Part shown: positions 12,911-27,900 of the stretch, one piece after another
How positions within the stretch are numbered: the stretch's first letter is position 1
Layout: the number at the start of each line of letters is the position of its first letter
Assembly: GCF_026571515.1 (NCBI RefSeq)
Contig: NW_026866456.1
Coordinates: 248,001 to 312,000, forward strand
Reading direction: 5' to 3'
Source of the DNA: Ruditapes philippinarum
Lineage: Eukaryota
Length of the DNA stretch: 64,000 bases
Notes under the pieces: model-generated
Seen by the model: the letters and a program-made list of their open reading frames with translations, nothing else
The model's database searches: none
What the model was told of the DNA's origin: nothing
Made by a program: the position numbers and the translations under genes

Positions 12911-15900
12911 GTAAGATTATTGTTTGAAAGTCTGTTGTGTCACGTTTTTTATGACCTCAATTTCTAATTTAAAAAAATCTTGATTAGACCAGTTTGGTAA
13001 TATTATTTCAGGTGAGGAAATTTAATTCAGTTTTGAAAATGACATGTTTGATGATATTCTATGTGTGAAGGTTGATAAATCTGCTCCTTTAGTCTTTGAA
13101 TCTTTTAAATAAGAGATCTACCCTGGTTTTCAATCATATTTTCTGAAAATTATTAATGGGACCATCTTCAGAAAATAAGATCATTAGTATTGACTATTGG
13201 CAGTTACTTTTTATTCAAGTATCATTTTTTTACATAGTACACAGAAGTCTGCTGCAAGAAAATATTGCGAATGCAACAGAAGATTTACTAAATAATATTT
13301 TGACATGAACTTATTTTAGGTTTGGGTTCAACCATCAAGTTTGTTTGTTTGATTTTACGCCTTTTCCCAACAGTATTTCAGTCATATAGGCAGGTAGTTT
13401 CCTAACCATCGTTCCTGGAGAGTTACACCAGTACTAGACTACCTTCATCCGCGCTAAACTACCAAAGCATCTCCCGGGGATTGAACCCATGCCAGAGAGG
13501 TAACTGGATTAGAAGTCATCGACTAACCCCTCGACCACGGAGGCGGTACCATCAAGTTTATCTTTCTTATGTTATTCATTACTTATTGCCAAACCCTCTC
13601 ATGTTTGTGATAGGCAGCACAACATAAGGTGCACATTGGAAATGAGGTGTTTAAATCCTGAAAATGAATATTTTCAGGATTATGAGAAATTTGAAGGTAT
13701 TAGCGTCATACTCATAGCACAACAAATAACACAACATCATGAACATGTCAAATATTAGTGTATCTTAACTACTGCCTGCTTGCCTTGGTCAAGATCAGAA
13801 AATTTAAAATGCTTTTCCACAAATATAGCCCCATGATTTTATGCCCGCATGTTAAACTTGTTGGGAGGCCGGGAGTAACTCCCCTTACCTATCCGGGAAC
13901 GATTTGTAAACAACCTTGCTTAACAGTAAGTCTTGCATGCTTAAAACAAAACATTTTTAGTTGCAAAAATGGCATTCATTGCAGGAAATTGGGGAAAATG
14001 GGCAAAAAATTTCCGGCTTTGAAAAAAACCAAATCTATTTGGGGGGGTAAGGGGGGGGCCCAATTTTTGATGAAGGGTTGGTTGAAAACCTCCCTTTAAT
14101 AGTTTCCCCCAGAATTGTAAATTGCACATGTAAACATTGTTTAATTATTTTAAAAAGGTATTTTTTTAAAAGAAAAATTAAATTGAAAAAAAATTTTGGG
14201 GCCGGTTTTGGAAAACTTTTAAATTACCCTTAAATTTAGTCAAGTTTACCTTTAATATAACTTTGGAGAAAATTTTCAATTTTAAAATGTTTGGCAAAAT
14301 AAAAAAAAATTGGTGGAACATTTTTTTGGCCCACAATGCTGACCCCCAACTAGTTAAATTACCCCCATTTTTTGAAAAAAGTCAAAAGAACAAAAAATAT
14401 AAATGAATTTTTGAACCCCCCCCCCCCCCCCCCTCTGGACCCTGCCACCATTCTGACAAAAACCACTGAGTCTGTGTTATGAATTTAAGTAATATGATAA
14501 TTGTATGCATTTTTTCATGGTAGAAAAGTATATGTTTCCGAAAGTGTCTGGGATTAAGGGTTCCATGTTATTACTTGTAATAAGAGTAACGATATGCATC
14601 TAATGCATGCACATCTGACTTGCATGTTAAATAAGCTGATTGATATAAAGTAATGTCAGAAAAAATATACTTCTTTGTCACACATTGACAACATTAAGTT
14701 TGCTTTTACATGGATTCTTTCACATTTTCCCCAATATGTTACATGCCATCGATACATCACCCAAATCTACTGTAAAGAAAAGGAAAGGAAATTAACTTTC
14801 TTTGCTTTGAATGTTTTCAATGGAAGTTTTTCCAACAGATGTCTCTTAAAAGATCAAACTTGAGATATTGGATTAACAAGACTCATTTGTTAATTTTTAA
14901 AAGTTTTGATGTGTCGGCTGGTTTTAGTTTGCTTGGCAATTTTTCACTGTAAGGATTGAACATGGATACTGTATTATATAATGTAATTGTAATACTTTGT
15001 GGCCTATCTTTTAACACTTTTATTGTTGTCATTATGTAATGATCTTGTCTTAGTTTAAATAGCAAACATGTATGTATTCCATTGTTATTTAAATTCATAT
15101 ATGCCGTTATTATAATCGAGTTTATCTGACTCATTCTGAGAGTTGGAATTAAGCCTCAGACATAAAAGAATATGTTTTGAACTGGCATGCAAAAGTGAGT
15201 ACAGTAGGCATATACTATGAGAATGATAAGGTCTAAGCCTCCAACCTGTTCAGACTAAGTGATAAGCCTTAAGAGCCAGGCCAGCATGCACAGTCATGCC
15301 CATCCCTGCAGTCTGATTGGGCTAGATATGTTGGGTAATAATGTTTGTATTTTGATAATGAAATCCACTTAAATTTGCACAGACTGTTCCAAAATCAAAG
15401 CAGGGTAAATCAAGCCATAATAGTATACCAAAACTTCAAATGGACTGTTCCAATTTTATAAGGGAAATTCCATTATTTACCAGTAAACTGTTTTAGGTTT
15501 AATTTTAGCTTTCTGCTCATTCATGATGTATTGGTAAAAACTGAGCACTGAACCTTAAAACATGAAGACAATGAATTATTACTTGGCATGATATCAGAAG
15601 AAAGTGTCAGTTATTTGAGGAGAATATGATTATAAATATATATTGGGTGCATAAGTTTTCCTAGAATGTGCTATGTTTGTACATTTATCTACAGTGCTAA
15701 ATAATGTTCACCAGTTTATTGGTACTACCTGAAAGTTTGAGAGGAACTGTAGAACTGGCATTTCTGAACAAATATATGATAATTATGCATGCTTTTTTAA
15801 ATATCTGGTATGTAAAGGTCACTGTGGTGTGAAACTAGGGAAATTCTTGTCTTTCACAAAATTGACATATTTAAAAAAAGGAGATCTAAGAAATTGAAAT

Positions 15901-18900
15901 AAATCTGAAAAAAAAAAGCATGACCTCAGTGCCCTTATTTATATATTTACAAATTTTGTAATGGCCTTGAATATCAATTTTAGTGTTTTATCTATATTCT
16001 ACGAATCATAAAAGGAAGTATATAAAATTATCAGAAAACAATATATTTTTCTTGCAATCTGATAAAATAGTAGCCATTCATAAAGAGATGTGTCATGATT
16101 ATGAGAGGTTATCTTAGTCTTAAAGGTAATAACAGTGTAATGTAATACAATGGTTCATCAGTGGATAAGTGTTATCTTGCAGTCTCATCATGCAGTGAAG
16201 TTGGCACACTGGTGCATTCTTCTTCTAGACCAATTATTACATCGTCTGTTACCTTGCTGCCGTGTCTGTTCTAATAATGACCCTTGTTGCCATATTTTGT
16301 TCTAAAAAGAAACTTACTACCATGTTTGTTCTAATATAACACTTACTACCATGTAAGACCCTTGTTGTCATGTTTGTTCTAAAAATGACCGTTGTTGTCA
16401 TGTTTGTTCAAATAATGACCATTGTTCAAATGTTGCCATGTTCTGTTCCAAAAAAAACAACTTACTACCATGTTTTTTTTCTAATACTGACCCTTGTTGT
16501 CATGTTAAAACTTTGTTCTAAAAAAGAATACTACCATGTTTGTTCTTATAATGACCTTTGTTGCCATGTTTTGTTCGTTAAAACATACTACCATGTTTGT
16601 TCTAATAATGACCCTTACTACCATGTTTGTTTTAAAAATGACCCTTGTTACCATGTTTGTTCTAAAAATGACCCTTGTTACCATGTTCTAAAAATGACCC
16701 TTACCACCATGTTGGTTCAAATATTAACAGAAGCACTTCATTGTTTGTTTTACTATTTGAAAACCCTTACTGGCTAGTGGCAGATAATGACAAGTCATTA
16801 GTGTAGATTATGCTATTCCAAAGTAATTGTTGAAATGTGTTGTATGTTGTTACCTTAACAGACTTCCCGAAAGTTGAAAAAAACTGTGAGACATTCGGTC
16901 TGACAAACCCTGAAAATCTGTCGGACCCAAACAAAATCTGTCGGACCAAATAAAATTGATCAAAATCAAAGAAAAACTTGTGTTTGTATTTCTAAGACAC
17001 TTTTTGTTTTTCATTTTTTCGCCGTAAAAATCGACACAATCCGTACAGCGCATTTTCATCTCCTCCCTGTCATACACCAATGATTCATGGTTCTGCTTTC
17101 ATTTTTCATTAAATTTTGTCTCATGTCTAATATTTTCATCATTTTATTGCTTTTCTGTGCACTCTTCTGACGTAGATTTTCGGTTTTTCCAAGGTTTGGC
17201 ACCTTTAGCGACGCCATTTTGTATACATGCGGCTTGAATAAAAGCCGGACAGTCGGACCGATCCGGAATAAAAAATTGTCGGACCTGATCAAAATTTATC
17301 GGACATGTCCGTCGGACCGACGTATTTCGGGAAGTGTGCCTTAATTGACAGAGGTGAAATCTTTTCTTTTACAGTATGCGTTTGCCGGAGTTGACGAAGG
17401 AGGATTTTAAGAACATGGCTAAACAGAGGGAGAAGGCAAAGAGAGATCAAAATGCGAAACAAGCCAAAATCAGCGCAACATATGGTGAGCCAGCCATGCC
17501 TGCAAGTGTTAGCTTTCCTGCACCAGTAAAGGTACCGTATGCAAGTTTTCATTGTTTTGTTTACCTTCATTGACAGAATAATCCAGATTTGGATTAAATT
17601 AGACTTAGTTGCACAATCAGTGCACATCTTGTGCTGGTTTTGGACATATCAACTACTGGCCTTGAGGGTTAAAAGCTTTTCTTGGAGGTCTGTTTCAAAT
17701 ATCAGGATTTTGCATTAGTCATTGTACATTCTGTGACAGTTCTAACCAATCAAATACCTGAGATAGAGAATTTCTTTATAACCCGGCACCCTAATTCATC
17801 GGTTATATAGCAATATTCTAAGCTCCAGTATTTGATTGGTTGGAAACAAGCTCAGAATGTATATGATTGGTCGAAAACAAGCTTAGATAGTACACTGACC
17901 AATGAAAATCCTGAGATCTGACTTTTAAGACAAGTCATGCTGACACAAAAAATGCTTAATTGTTTGTCAGAGATTGTCCCAATTTTAGTAATGTATTATG
18001 TATTATTTGTTTCTTAGTTCTTTAGGTTTTTCATCAGTAACTTAATACTTAGATGGAAATGAATAATGGCATTGGATTATTTTAAAAATGATGTAAATTT
18101 TTTACCATAGATTGTAGAGCTGTCATTGATTCAGTGAAAGGCATATCGTCGATATATCGATATCAGATTGCAAACATCGACGATACACCGATATATCGAT
18201 ATATTTACCTGTATTTCACATTCATATTTGTATGAATGATTTTAGTAAACAGAACACCTTCTTTACATGAACTTATGATGTGTTTTGTTCATAAATGTCC
18301 TCTGATCATATTTTGCAAATATTAGTGCTATGAAATATGTAAATTATCAAATAAATATAGAACTGAATATAAAACTGAGTATAAACTGTGGTTATTCATT
18401 TACTGGCCTCTATCCATATCTATACACCATCACACTAAGCAGAACACTTCAATGACTACAGTTACAATATGGAATCACTAGTTCACTTGACTATATACAG
18501 AGTTCAAACTTAAATGTATATTAACTAGAATGACTAGTTTACATGACTAGAGTAGAAAAACATAATTATTACATAAAAAAAATCAAATTTGTGCATGAGT
18601 TTTGTATGTAGGTGTTAAATAATAGTGACTGAAGTCATAAAGTATTGACACTTGAACACAGTGGATACAAAAACACAGTTGATAATAAGGATGCAAAGGA
18701 ATTTGATTTTGAAAACATACATTTCTGGAAATAACTGTAATTTAATAGGAATTTATCAAATTGAAATACAATTTTATTGACTTTTTATGACATTTTTGTA
18801 ATTTTACTGTTCATACAGAACAAGGATTTGTCAAACCATTGTTACGCTTTTACTTGACAAAGTTAGAATAATTATTTATTTTATTTATATAGATCTTCAT

Positions 18901-21900
18901 ATTTATTTATTTATTTTGTAAATCATAAAATGTTAGGAATTTTCCAAATTATTTTATTGTTAAGTAATAGCCTACTGATTATATTGTTTTTACAATCGGT
19001 CTTGTAAACCTTGCCCCAATCATTGTTTACGACTCAAGTTAAATGTATTGCCGCTATTAAAATGGCAGTCATACGACGAATCTAACTAGGGACTAATTTT
19101 GAGTTAACAACCCCTTTTTCATCAACAAACCCAAAATGTTCCCAAATGGGAATTGGTTTTGAAATTTTAGCCTTCTTTTTGTCCCAACAATTTTAATGTT
19201 TTCAGCCATTTTTAAGTGTTGCTAAGATATGGGCATAGACTAAAATGTAGACAATTGTGAATGATGAATCTCATATCAAGTCAGTTTAAGAACTTTAGGT
19301 ATAATGATAATTGATTTAGATCTATTGGATTTTTATTTTCAAATTATTTTTTAAAATTGGATTGTTTTGTTTATATAATTTTCAACACAAAGAAATATGT
19401 TTTTTTCTGAAGTGCAAATACAGCTTCCATACAGTAGCTGTCCATTTAGTAGTCACGGTATAGTTTTAGACATGTCCTTTTGACAGGGCACCTGTTTCCG
19501 TTTATGTTTTGAGTTAATTTTCGTCGTTTCCACAGGTACTTGAAACAAACTACTTTAATGTTCTGTATGGGCTATATACTATGGTATTTTCTATACTTTT
19601 AAAAATTAGTGAAAGTATCGATTTTTTAAAATTTGAATCGATAATCGATCGACAAAAAAATATCAATGATACATCGATATCGCTTCTATCGATGACAGCT
19701 CTAATAGATTGTATCACTACTACAAAGAAGACCTGGCCTGTCATATACTCAGTTTGTTTTAAGTCTATTTTAGTTTTTAATTGTGTTTTTATGGCTTATC
19801 TACATGGTGTATCTCCTGCGAAAGGTTGTTTAAGTTGTTGTATGTAGTGTATGTTAAGTTAGAGGTAACCGAGAAAATGATAAATATGTGTATTTGAAAA
19901 CTGTTTCTTTTATTTATGTAAATGATTATGTCATCATTATGAACATTTGAAACAAAAACTTTTGCAAGAACATATGTATACAGGTTCAGAGAAAAAAAAA
20001 TACCTGAACTTGTTGAATAATAGAAAGATGGCTGAAATGATCAAATTGCAAATCTGCTAAACAAACTTAATTGCGAACATGAAATTTGATGACCGACTTT
20101 GGCGTGTTTGTCATTTTGATATAAGATCATATTTCTTGAAACTCAGTTGTTTTAATTAGAGAAAGTTCCTGTACATTCGCTTTGTAGAATTTATAAGGTA
20201 TATTACATTGTTTGTCAGCGATCAAAGCACCCCTAGGGGCTGGCAATTAATTAGAAAGATAATGAAATAACATTATGCTGAGTCGGCAAGAATGGAAAAT
20301 ATTATGAAACGAATCTGTTTAATGTTGATATTGTAGAAAATATATTGTAAAACTGACTTGATTGTACAGATCATATAGATCCTATGGCAGGTGCTGTGTG
20401 TATTTTTTTCCCTGTGTAAGCATTGATTAATCTGCAACATGTTGTTGGGAATTGTTACTTCTACTGTCAGTAATAAAATGTCAGTTTTCAAACATCAAAG
20501 TCGTCCAAAATAATGAAAAAGAGAGAAATGCAGTTAGTAATCTGTTTCTCTGGTTTTTGCATTTCTTCTGACTTATAATTTAATAAGTAATTAGTAGTAC
20601 ATGTATAGGGATTTTAGTTTAATTATGGTGATAATAATGGTAGAAAAGATATTATATTACCTCTTAACTTGCATACAATGATCCTCTTTAACTAAGAATC
20701 TTGTATGCAAGCTTAGTAGTATATTTCTTGAAGATTTTCTAGAATTATATGAAAGCATGACATTTAATACGCCACGCAAGTCACTTTCAATTTCCAGTAA
20801 CTATAGCTGTTATTTTACAGAGTTTGAATGAAAATTTTCTCTTTCCGAATTATTAGATATTGGAAACGATGATGGCATTCTCCCAAGGTTGTCAAATTTT
20901 ATCTTTGAATTTTGAAAATCTGAACTAGAGGTCAATCTAAGTCTGATACAAGTTCAATGGCTTACATTGTAGTTTAAGTAGGGAGTAGTGGCTTTTTTTC
21001 CCTTGAAGGGGTAGGGTAGGATGACATGCCTAAAGGTCCCGGTGCAGAATCCAAAATTAGTAAGGTTATTAGATAATGATTCCCATCATTGGTTTTTAAT
21101 TGCAAACAAAGCAGTACTTAAACAAAGATTCTAGAGTTGTTTATTTACATTTCTAGGGAGTTTTTACATTAAAATCGCACCATATTCAGGAAATGATGAT
21201 TATATCATAATATTAAAACCATATGACCCTAAACTTTCAGATAGATCTGTGGCTCCCGGTTGTAACTTAATAAACTGATTAAACATTAGATAAGACAGTA
21301 CTGCAATGAAAATATTTAGACTTGATTTTCAGTAAGAACACAACTAAACTAAACATCATCTAGAGTAAATGAAATTATTTCAAACAGGTCATTACCTCTT
21401 GCCCTGATAAATTTGTAACATGGCCTGGTCGGTAATTGAAATGGAGTCAAACACATTTTTATCTCTGAAAATTTTCTTGTTACATCTAAAATTAGCCTGG
21501 CTACTCGATAGGATGTCAAAAATAGAAGCACTAATCGAAAGGTTGATAAAATCTCTTTGTTGAGACTGTATTAAGACCTGTGCATTGCGAGAAATGTCTA
21601 AAAAAGGAAGAATTTGACCATTTTTATACTGTTGATTATTAAATGTAACACAAATATCAGCTATGAGAGTCCAAGTATAGAATTATAATAATTGCACTTT
21701 GAGCTTATCTAATATTTAAGACCTTTTTAGTAACGCTTCTGATAGGCAACATTTGTGTTGCATTATTTCTTATGCAGATCGGCTAATTTCATGCTGTTAG
21801 AAGTTATGTTATAGTGGTTTTGCTCCTTGAATATTGGTAATTTGCATGTCACGTTTTTCTCATAAATATAATTCCAAACTGGAGGTTATAATAATGCTCA

Positions 21901-24900
21901 GCAAATACTTGTACATGACTGTACATATATATTACCAGTTTACCTTCTCAATTTAGCAGGGAAATTACTTGGTAAATGCCACCATTGTAGAGCCAGCTAG
22001 GCTAGTCTCAAACATCTTTGCTGTCACAATATGAACTCTTTGCTGTTGGCCCAGCAGTTGAAAGTGCTCATTGTGATGTAGAAACCCCCTAAAAATACTA
22101 ATTTAAAGCATGGCCCTTCTATGTAACAAGGTTATTGCTAGAGGGGGGTGAAGATAAATACAACTTCTGGCTGTGATAAAAAATCATGCAATTAAAAAAA
22201 AATGTTCATCACCTGAAAAAAGTAACCCAAATGTGTATATAAAGAGCGGAAAACACATTTGTGTTTTGAAATTATGATGAACGTCCATATGGTTTCCTTG
22301 CCCTTTTTAATTCATTTTTTTTTACTTAAATAATGTACATATGAAAAAATATATATGTACAATATATGTTTTAAAAAAAACACTTTCAGTTACTTACAAG
22401 TGTGAGGAGAATAGCTTTAATTTAGTGTAAGAATGGATAAAGGTGTTACTACATGTAAGAAATAGTAGTGGATTGTAAGGAAATCCTGTTATCATGATGG
22501 GTCATGATGGGTCAAACCAGGATTCAGGATTTTGTTCTGATGCAAAATAGTTACAAATTAATTTAATACTTGTATGTCTTTTTGTATTTATAGTTTTAAA
22601 TCACAGCCACTGTGTGAGGCTGAAAAAGGTCATGCATGTATATTGTTTTCCAAGCTTTATTGGAATTTAATACCTCACCTCCGACCTCAGGTGCTTCTCA
22701 ATGCATTATTGAAGGCACTAGCAGGCTTATACTGAGTAGAACAATAATTACCTTATATATAACATGCTGGATAGGAGAATTAATTGTTCAATCTGAGATT
22801 CAAATCCATAGCCGAAGACATTAACTTGTATGTTTTTATGTAATGGCCGGGGCATATAGTGTTACCCTGTTCCGTCCTTCCGTCATTCTGTCATTCCGTC
22901 ATCATCAGTTTCCGTTCATTATCTTAGTAACGGTTGCACACATTCAACTCAAATTTGACATATGGATATGTCATGAGAAAATACAGGTCAAGTGCGAATT
23001 TGGTCATGGTTCGATGATTTTTGGCAGAGTTATGCCCCTTTTACTTTGAAAATAACATGAAATTTTCAGTTTCCGTTCATTATCTCCCCAACTGTACAAC
23101 ACATTCAACTCAAATTTAACATATGGATATGTCGTGAGAAAATACAGGTCAAGTTCGAATTTGGTCATGGTTCGATGATTTTTGGCAGAGTTATGACCCT
23201 TTTACTTTAAAATAATATGGAATTTTCAGTTTCCGTTCATTATCTCCCCAACGGTACAACACATTCAACTCAAACTTGACATATGGATACGTCAAAGGAA
23301 TGCGCAGGTCAAATTGAAATTTGGTCATGGTCCAATGATTTTTGGCAGAGTTATGCCCCTTTCACTTTGAAAATAATATGAAATTTTCAGTTTCTGTTTA
23401 TTATCTCCCCAACAGTACAACACATTCAACTCAAATTTGACATATGGATATGTTTTTTTTAGGAATTCCCAGGCCAAGTTCGAATTTGGTCATGGTTCAA
23501 TGAATTTTGGCAGAATAATGCCCCTTTCACTTTGAAAATAATATGAAATTTACAGTTTCTGTTCATTATCTATCCAACAGTGTTACAATATTCAACTCAA
23601 ATTTTACATATGGATATGTCAAAGGAATGGGCAGGTCAAGTTGGAATTTGGTCATGGTTTGATGATTTTTTTTGGCAGAGTTATGTCCCTTTCACTTTGA
23701 AAATAATATAGATACATCTTAGGAATAAGCAGTTTAAAGGGGCAACATTCGCTGCCGCGGCAGCGAGTATTTGTGGGTGTGACTTATCAGTGATGTAAAA
23801 CTGTCTGTTATAAACCCTGAACTATAAATAGCACGCAGTGTTAACCTGCAGAGAGAATGTAAACAAAAACAGCTGATTTTACACAGGAGAGGTTTAATGG
23901 ATGTTTTATATAACTCAAAGATTAATTAAAGACATTATCAAGTCATCTTGTCCAGATATTAAATGTTAAATCCAAAAGATGTGCCTTACATGGGGCATTT
24001 CTTTTAGGAACAACCTGCTAAAATGTTCTTGACAGAAATTTAAAATATTTTTAAACTGTTAATGTATAAAATTTTTTATGCATATGCAACATTTAGTTTG
24101 ATTAACATTTGTGAGATGTAATTTTTGACTACAAGATATTTACAACAAAATATAGTGTAAATGAAATATACCTGGAAGTTACTTTTACTGTTTTCATGAA
24201 GTTTAAACCATTCAAATACAAGTTAAATCAGTACTTTGAAATTTAAAAAAAAATCATAGATTAATGGATTATTGTAAATTTGTTGGATTTGATAAAGCAA
24301 GTCAGTAAAAGTTATTGTTTTATTCAGCATTGAAATGTGTCGTCTGCTAAAAATCTACCTCCCTGAAATATACATCGTCTGCTACAAATCTCTCTCCCTG
24401 AAATAAACACTGCCACGTGCTTCTGTTTACTACTGAAGGTTCATGACCTGTAATGATCACATGGCTCCTCCCAGGGAAATTCAAATTTCAAATTTGACAG
24501 CCAGTATTTTTTTCCAGAAATACACTTAACAAAGTTATATTTTGAATAATTTTGGTCAATCTTTATCAAAAATATCTATGCCTACAAATATGCCAAGTGT
24601 TATTTTAATGCATTTGGTAATTAATCTTAAATCTTTGAAAAAGGGTCCCTGAAGTGAAGCATGCATAAAATTAATAAGAAACCTGCCCTAGCGCCATCTG
24701 CTGGCTTTTATAGTCCAGTTGGGCCTTTAAGTTTGAATTTGGTCGTGGTTCAATGATTTTGGACAAACTTATCTTTCTTGAACGTTGGAAAAATTTTGAA
24801 CTTTCAGTTTCAGCACTCATACTTTTGTGGAAATGTATGTAGCCATTATGAAATATGCTATTTTCAAAAGGTTAAGACTGAATAATTTCAGTGCCTTGAA

Positions 24901-27900
24901 AATTGTATGAAAATGGTTTGTGTTAACATTGAAAAGTTTTAAGGGCTTTGAACTTAAAATGAAAAAAATAATTTGTACAAACAAATTTGGAACTAAATAT
25001 TATAAGCTGCATGCGGGGGCATCCGTGGCATGATGACACATTTCTAGTTTTTTCTTATTCTGCGTTTACATCTTACAATGAAAAATGGGCTGTAACAAAA
25101 TTCATCGTAAGAAAGTGATCAGCATAGTCCTTATAGCATTTCAACAACTAAAGTAAAATATATGTATTTTTCAGGTGGCAGGAGAGGATACAAGTATAGG
25201 TCGGATTATGGGTGTACGATTTGAGGACTTCAACAACATCATGAAACAGTGTAGGTATACGGATGTTGTGGGCGTGGAAAGACAACCGGCCACACCTCTT
25301 CCAGGAAAAAGTGTAGATAAGAAATTTTTTAATTCCAGTTCGGCCAGTAGAAATTTGAACTACCATTCAAATACGAGTAGTTCCTCTTCAAGACCAAATA
25401 AATCCACTGCTCATAGTCAAAATAGTGTTAGTAATAGTAGTAGAAATGATGGGAAATATAATAAACCATTTCATGGTGATGAGAGATCTAACAGTGTTCC
25501 AAGTAGTCATGGTTCAAAAATAGAAACCAGTTCTAATAAAACTACAAGTAGCGAAAGAGCTAGTCTACACAACACCTTGCAAAAACCGGATCAAAAACCA
25601 GAATCTTCCAATTCACATGACCATTTTAAATCGGAACGAGGTCAAAGTCAGGACCATTCTTCGGCTAGGAAAGAGTCGATGCCGCAATCAGTAAAACATC
25701 AACCAATCAGAACTAGAGAACCAGTGCTTCAATCTATGAACAAAGAGCTGATTGGTCAATCAAAACCAGAAATTAACCAATCTGGTGCGAGTAACCAAAT
25801 TTTAAGTGCAAGTAACAGAACAGCTGAGATTAGAGACGGAAGGCAACCAAATGATGCTAGAACGGTCTTAAAAGAGAAGGAAGAGAATAGAAATGCTGAT
25901 GTTGGTAATGGCGCTAAGTTGAAAAACAGACCAAAACTACATATCCCTGAAGTAAGTATATTTATGCTAGGTGACCCATTTTCTAGTTAATCTTTTCACG
26001 AATCAGTCAAATATTGAAACAAACTAATAATCATGACTTGTATTGTTGTTCGATTAGAAGTGCACAAAAATCGCACTGCATTGTTGCAATTTAGCTTGTT
26101 CTTGTAGACATGAGAAAGATAAGGTGGTGAAGAAAGTGGCTCTTGCACTTTTACAAGTGTATTCTCTACTTGAAACATAAGTAAACTGTGTACATTCTTT
26201 GAATTGCAAGTTGAAGTAGGATAAAGTCTTTTTACTTATTACATAATCATTCAATAATTTTGCGTATATATTGGACATGCCAAGATAAGTTGCATGTCAT
26301 CAGTATACATGTTTATAATTTTTTTTTGGTGGGGGGGGGGGGGGGAAGTAAAGGTCAATGACGAATTTTCAGCCTATTTGGGGGAAGTGACCTAAGGCGC
26401 CCCTACTTGCGTTAGACCAGGAACAAGCAGCACCATATGAGAAAACAAAGTCCCTGGCAGGATTTGAACCTACAGCAGTAAGGGGCAAGTGGTTTGAAGT
26501 CAAATACCTTAACCACTTGGCCACAGGCACCCTTATCATTATCCAGTATAATGGAAATGTTATTCAGTTAATAATATACAGTATTCTTTTTGGTACATTT
26601 GAAACATGCCTTTTGGTGATTTTGTTTGAACATATGGCTGAACTCCTTCAGTGTCAGTTTTTTCCACTGAGTGCTTTTATTGTCTATAATAATAATTATT
26701 CATGTACATTGTTCTTGATTTATTTACTTGACAATATTTTTACTACTGAAAACTTTATCTTATATATTTACTTAATATTCATGAATCTGGGGGTACTTTA
26801 CTTTAAGAGCACAAAGTTGTGATATATTTAAGAAATGTTCGAAGTTGGCACATTTATGTAACAATTATTGACATTTATCAATAATTTGTGGTTATAATAT
26901 TGACTATAAATGAAGTCATATAACTAAAAAAGTGTTACCTAGTAAGTTTAAATGACCCAGAGGGTATGTTAAATTTGACAACTGGGACTTCCAGTTATAG
27001 TTTTAATAACTATGGTATTTTTGTATGATTTTGTATGATGTGCAGAATTATTACAACTTTAAGGTAAAAAGTATGGTAAATTTTTTTGATAAAAAATATA
27101 AGAAAGAAAATACAAGAAGGATCTACATTGACATTGCAGTGTAAATAATGGCTTTAAATATAAAAAAAAATGTAAAATTGTGCTTGCCATTTTAGTGATT
27201 GGCAACACTTTGTAGTACTATAAATCTGATTTGGATATATGCAGGTCAAAATTATTTGTAAATTCTTGAGTATTACAAAGGTACAGCTAAGTGCCTTTGG
27301 TGCATATTTAAAGGTATTGTTTTGGGAAAATTTTATAGTCCAACCAGATGGTATACTGCCCTAGATTCTGACATTTTACTTGATGCACATCAAACCAAAT
27401 ACAGTTGTCTTCTGTCTGAGCTAGCCCCTCTATTTCCCAGCTGCAAAGCCTACAAGCTGACCTTTCCCTGTCCCCCATCAAACACCTGCCGCCCGCCCCC
27501 TTAAAAACCCCAGAAAAGTGGAAACAATACAAAAACCTATTCAAAAAGTCAAAAAATATATGAGAAAATTCCTGAAGAACTTAAACAACAATAACAACAA
27601 ATTTCTATAAAGAGAATTATATAATTCATCTGATGACCTGTCCTAAAAGAACACTTTGTTGTTTGACCATATGTTGCTCATACATTTACATGTATAACTG
27701 GTCGTACTGTTTCAAATTTATGTATAAATCATTAAATGTATGTGCTAATTTAAGAAAGACTTGAAATGACCTTTTTATCATATGTAGAGTGCTGGTGTCA
27801 CATGTGACAGGCCTTGTAAACATGTGACATCAGTTTAATAATGGTATTTATGATCGAAATAATAATTTTCACCTTTATGCCGTCATTAAAATGTCTGAAG

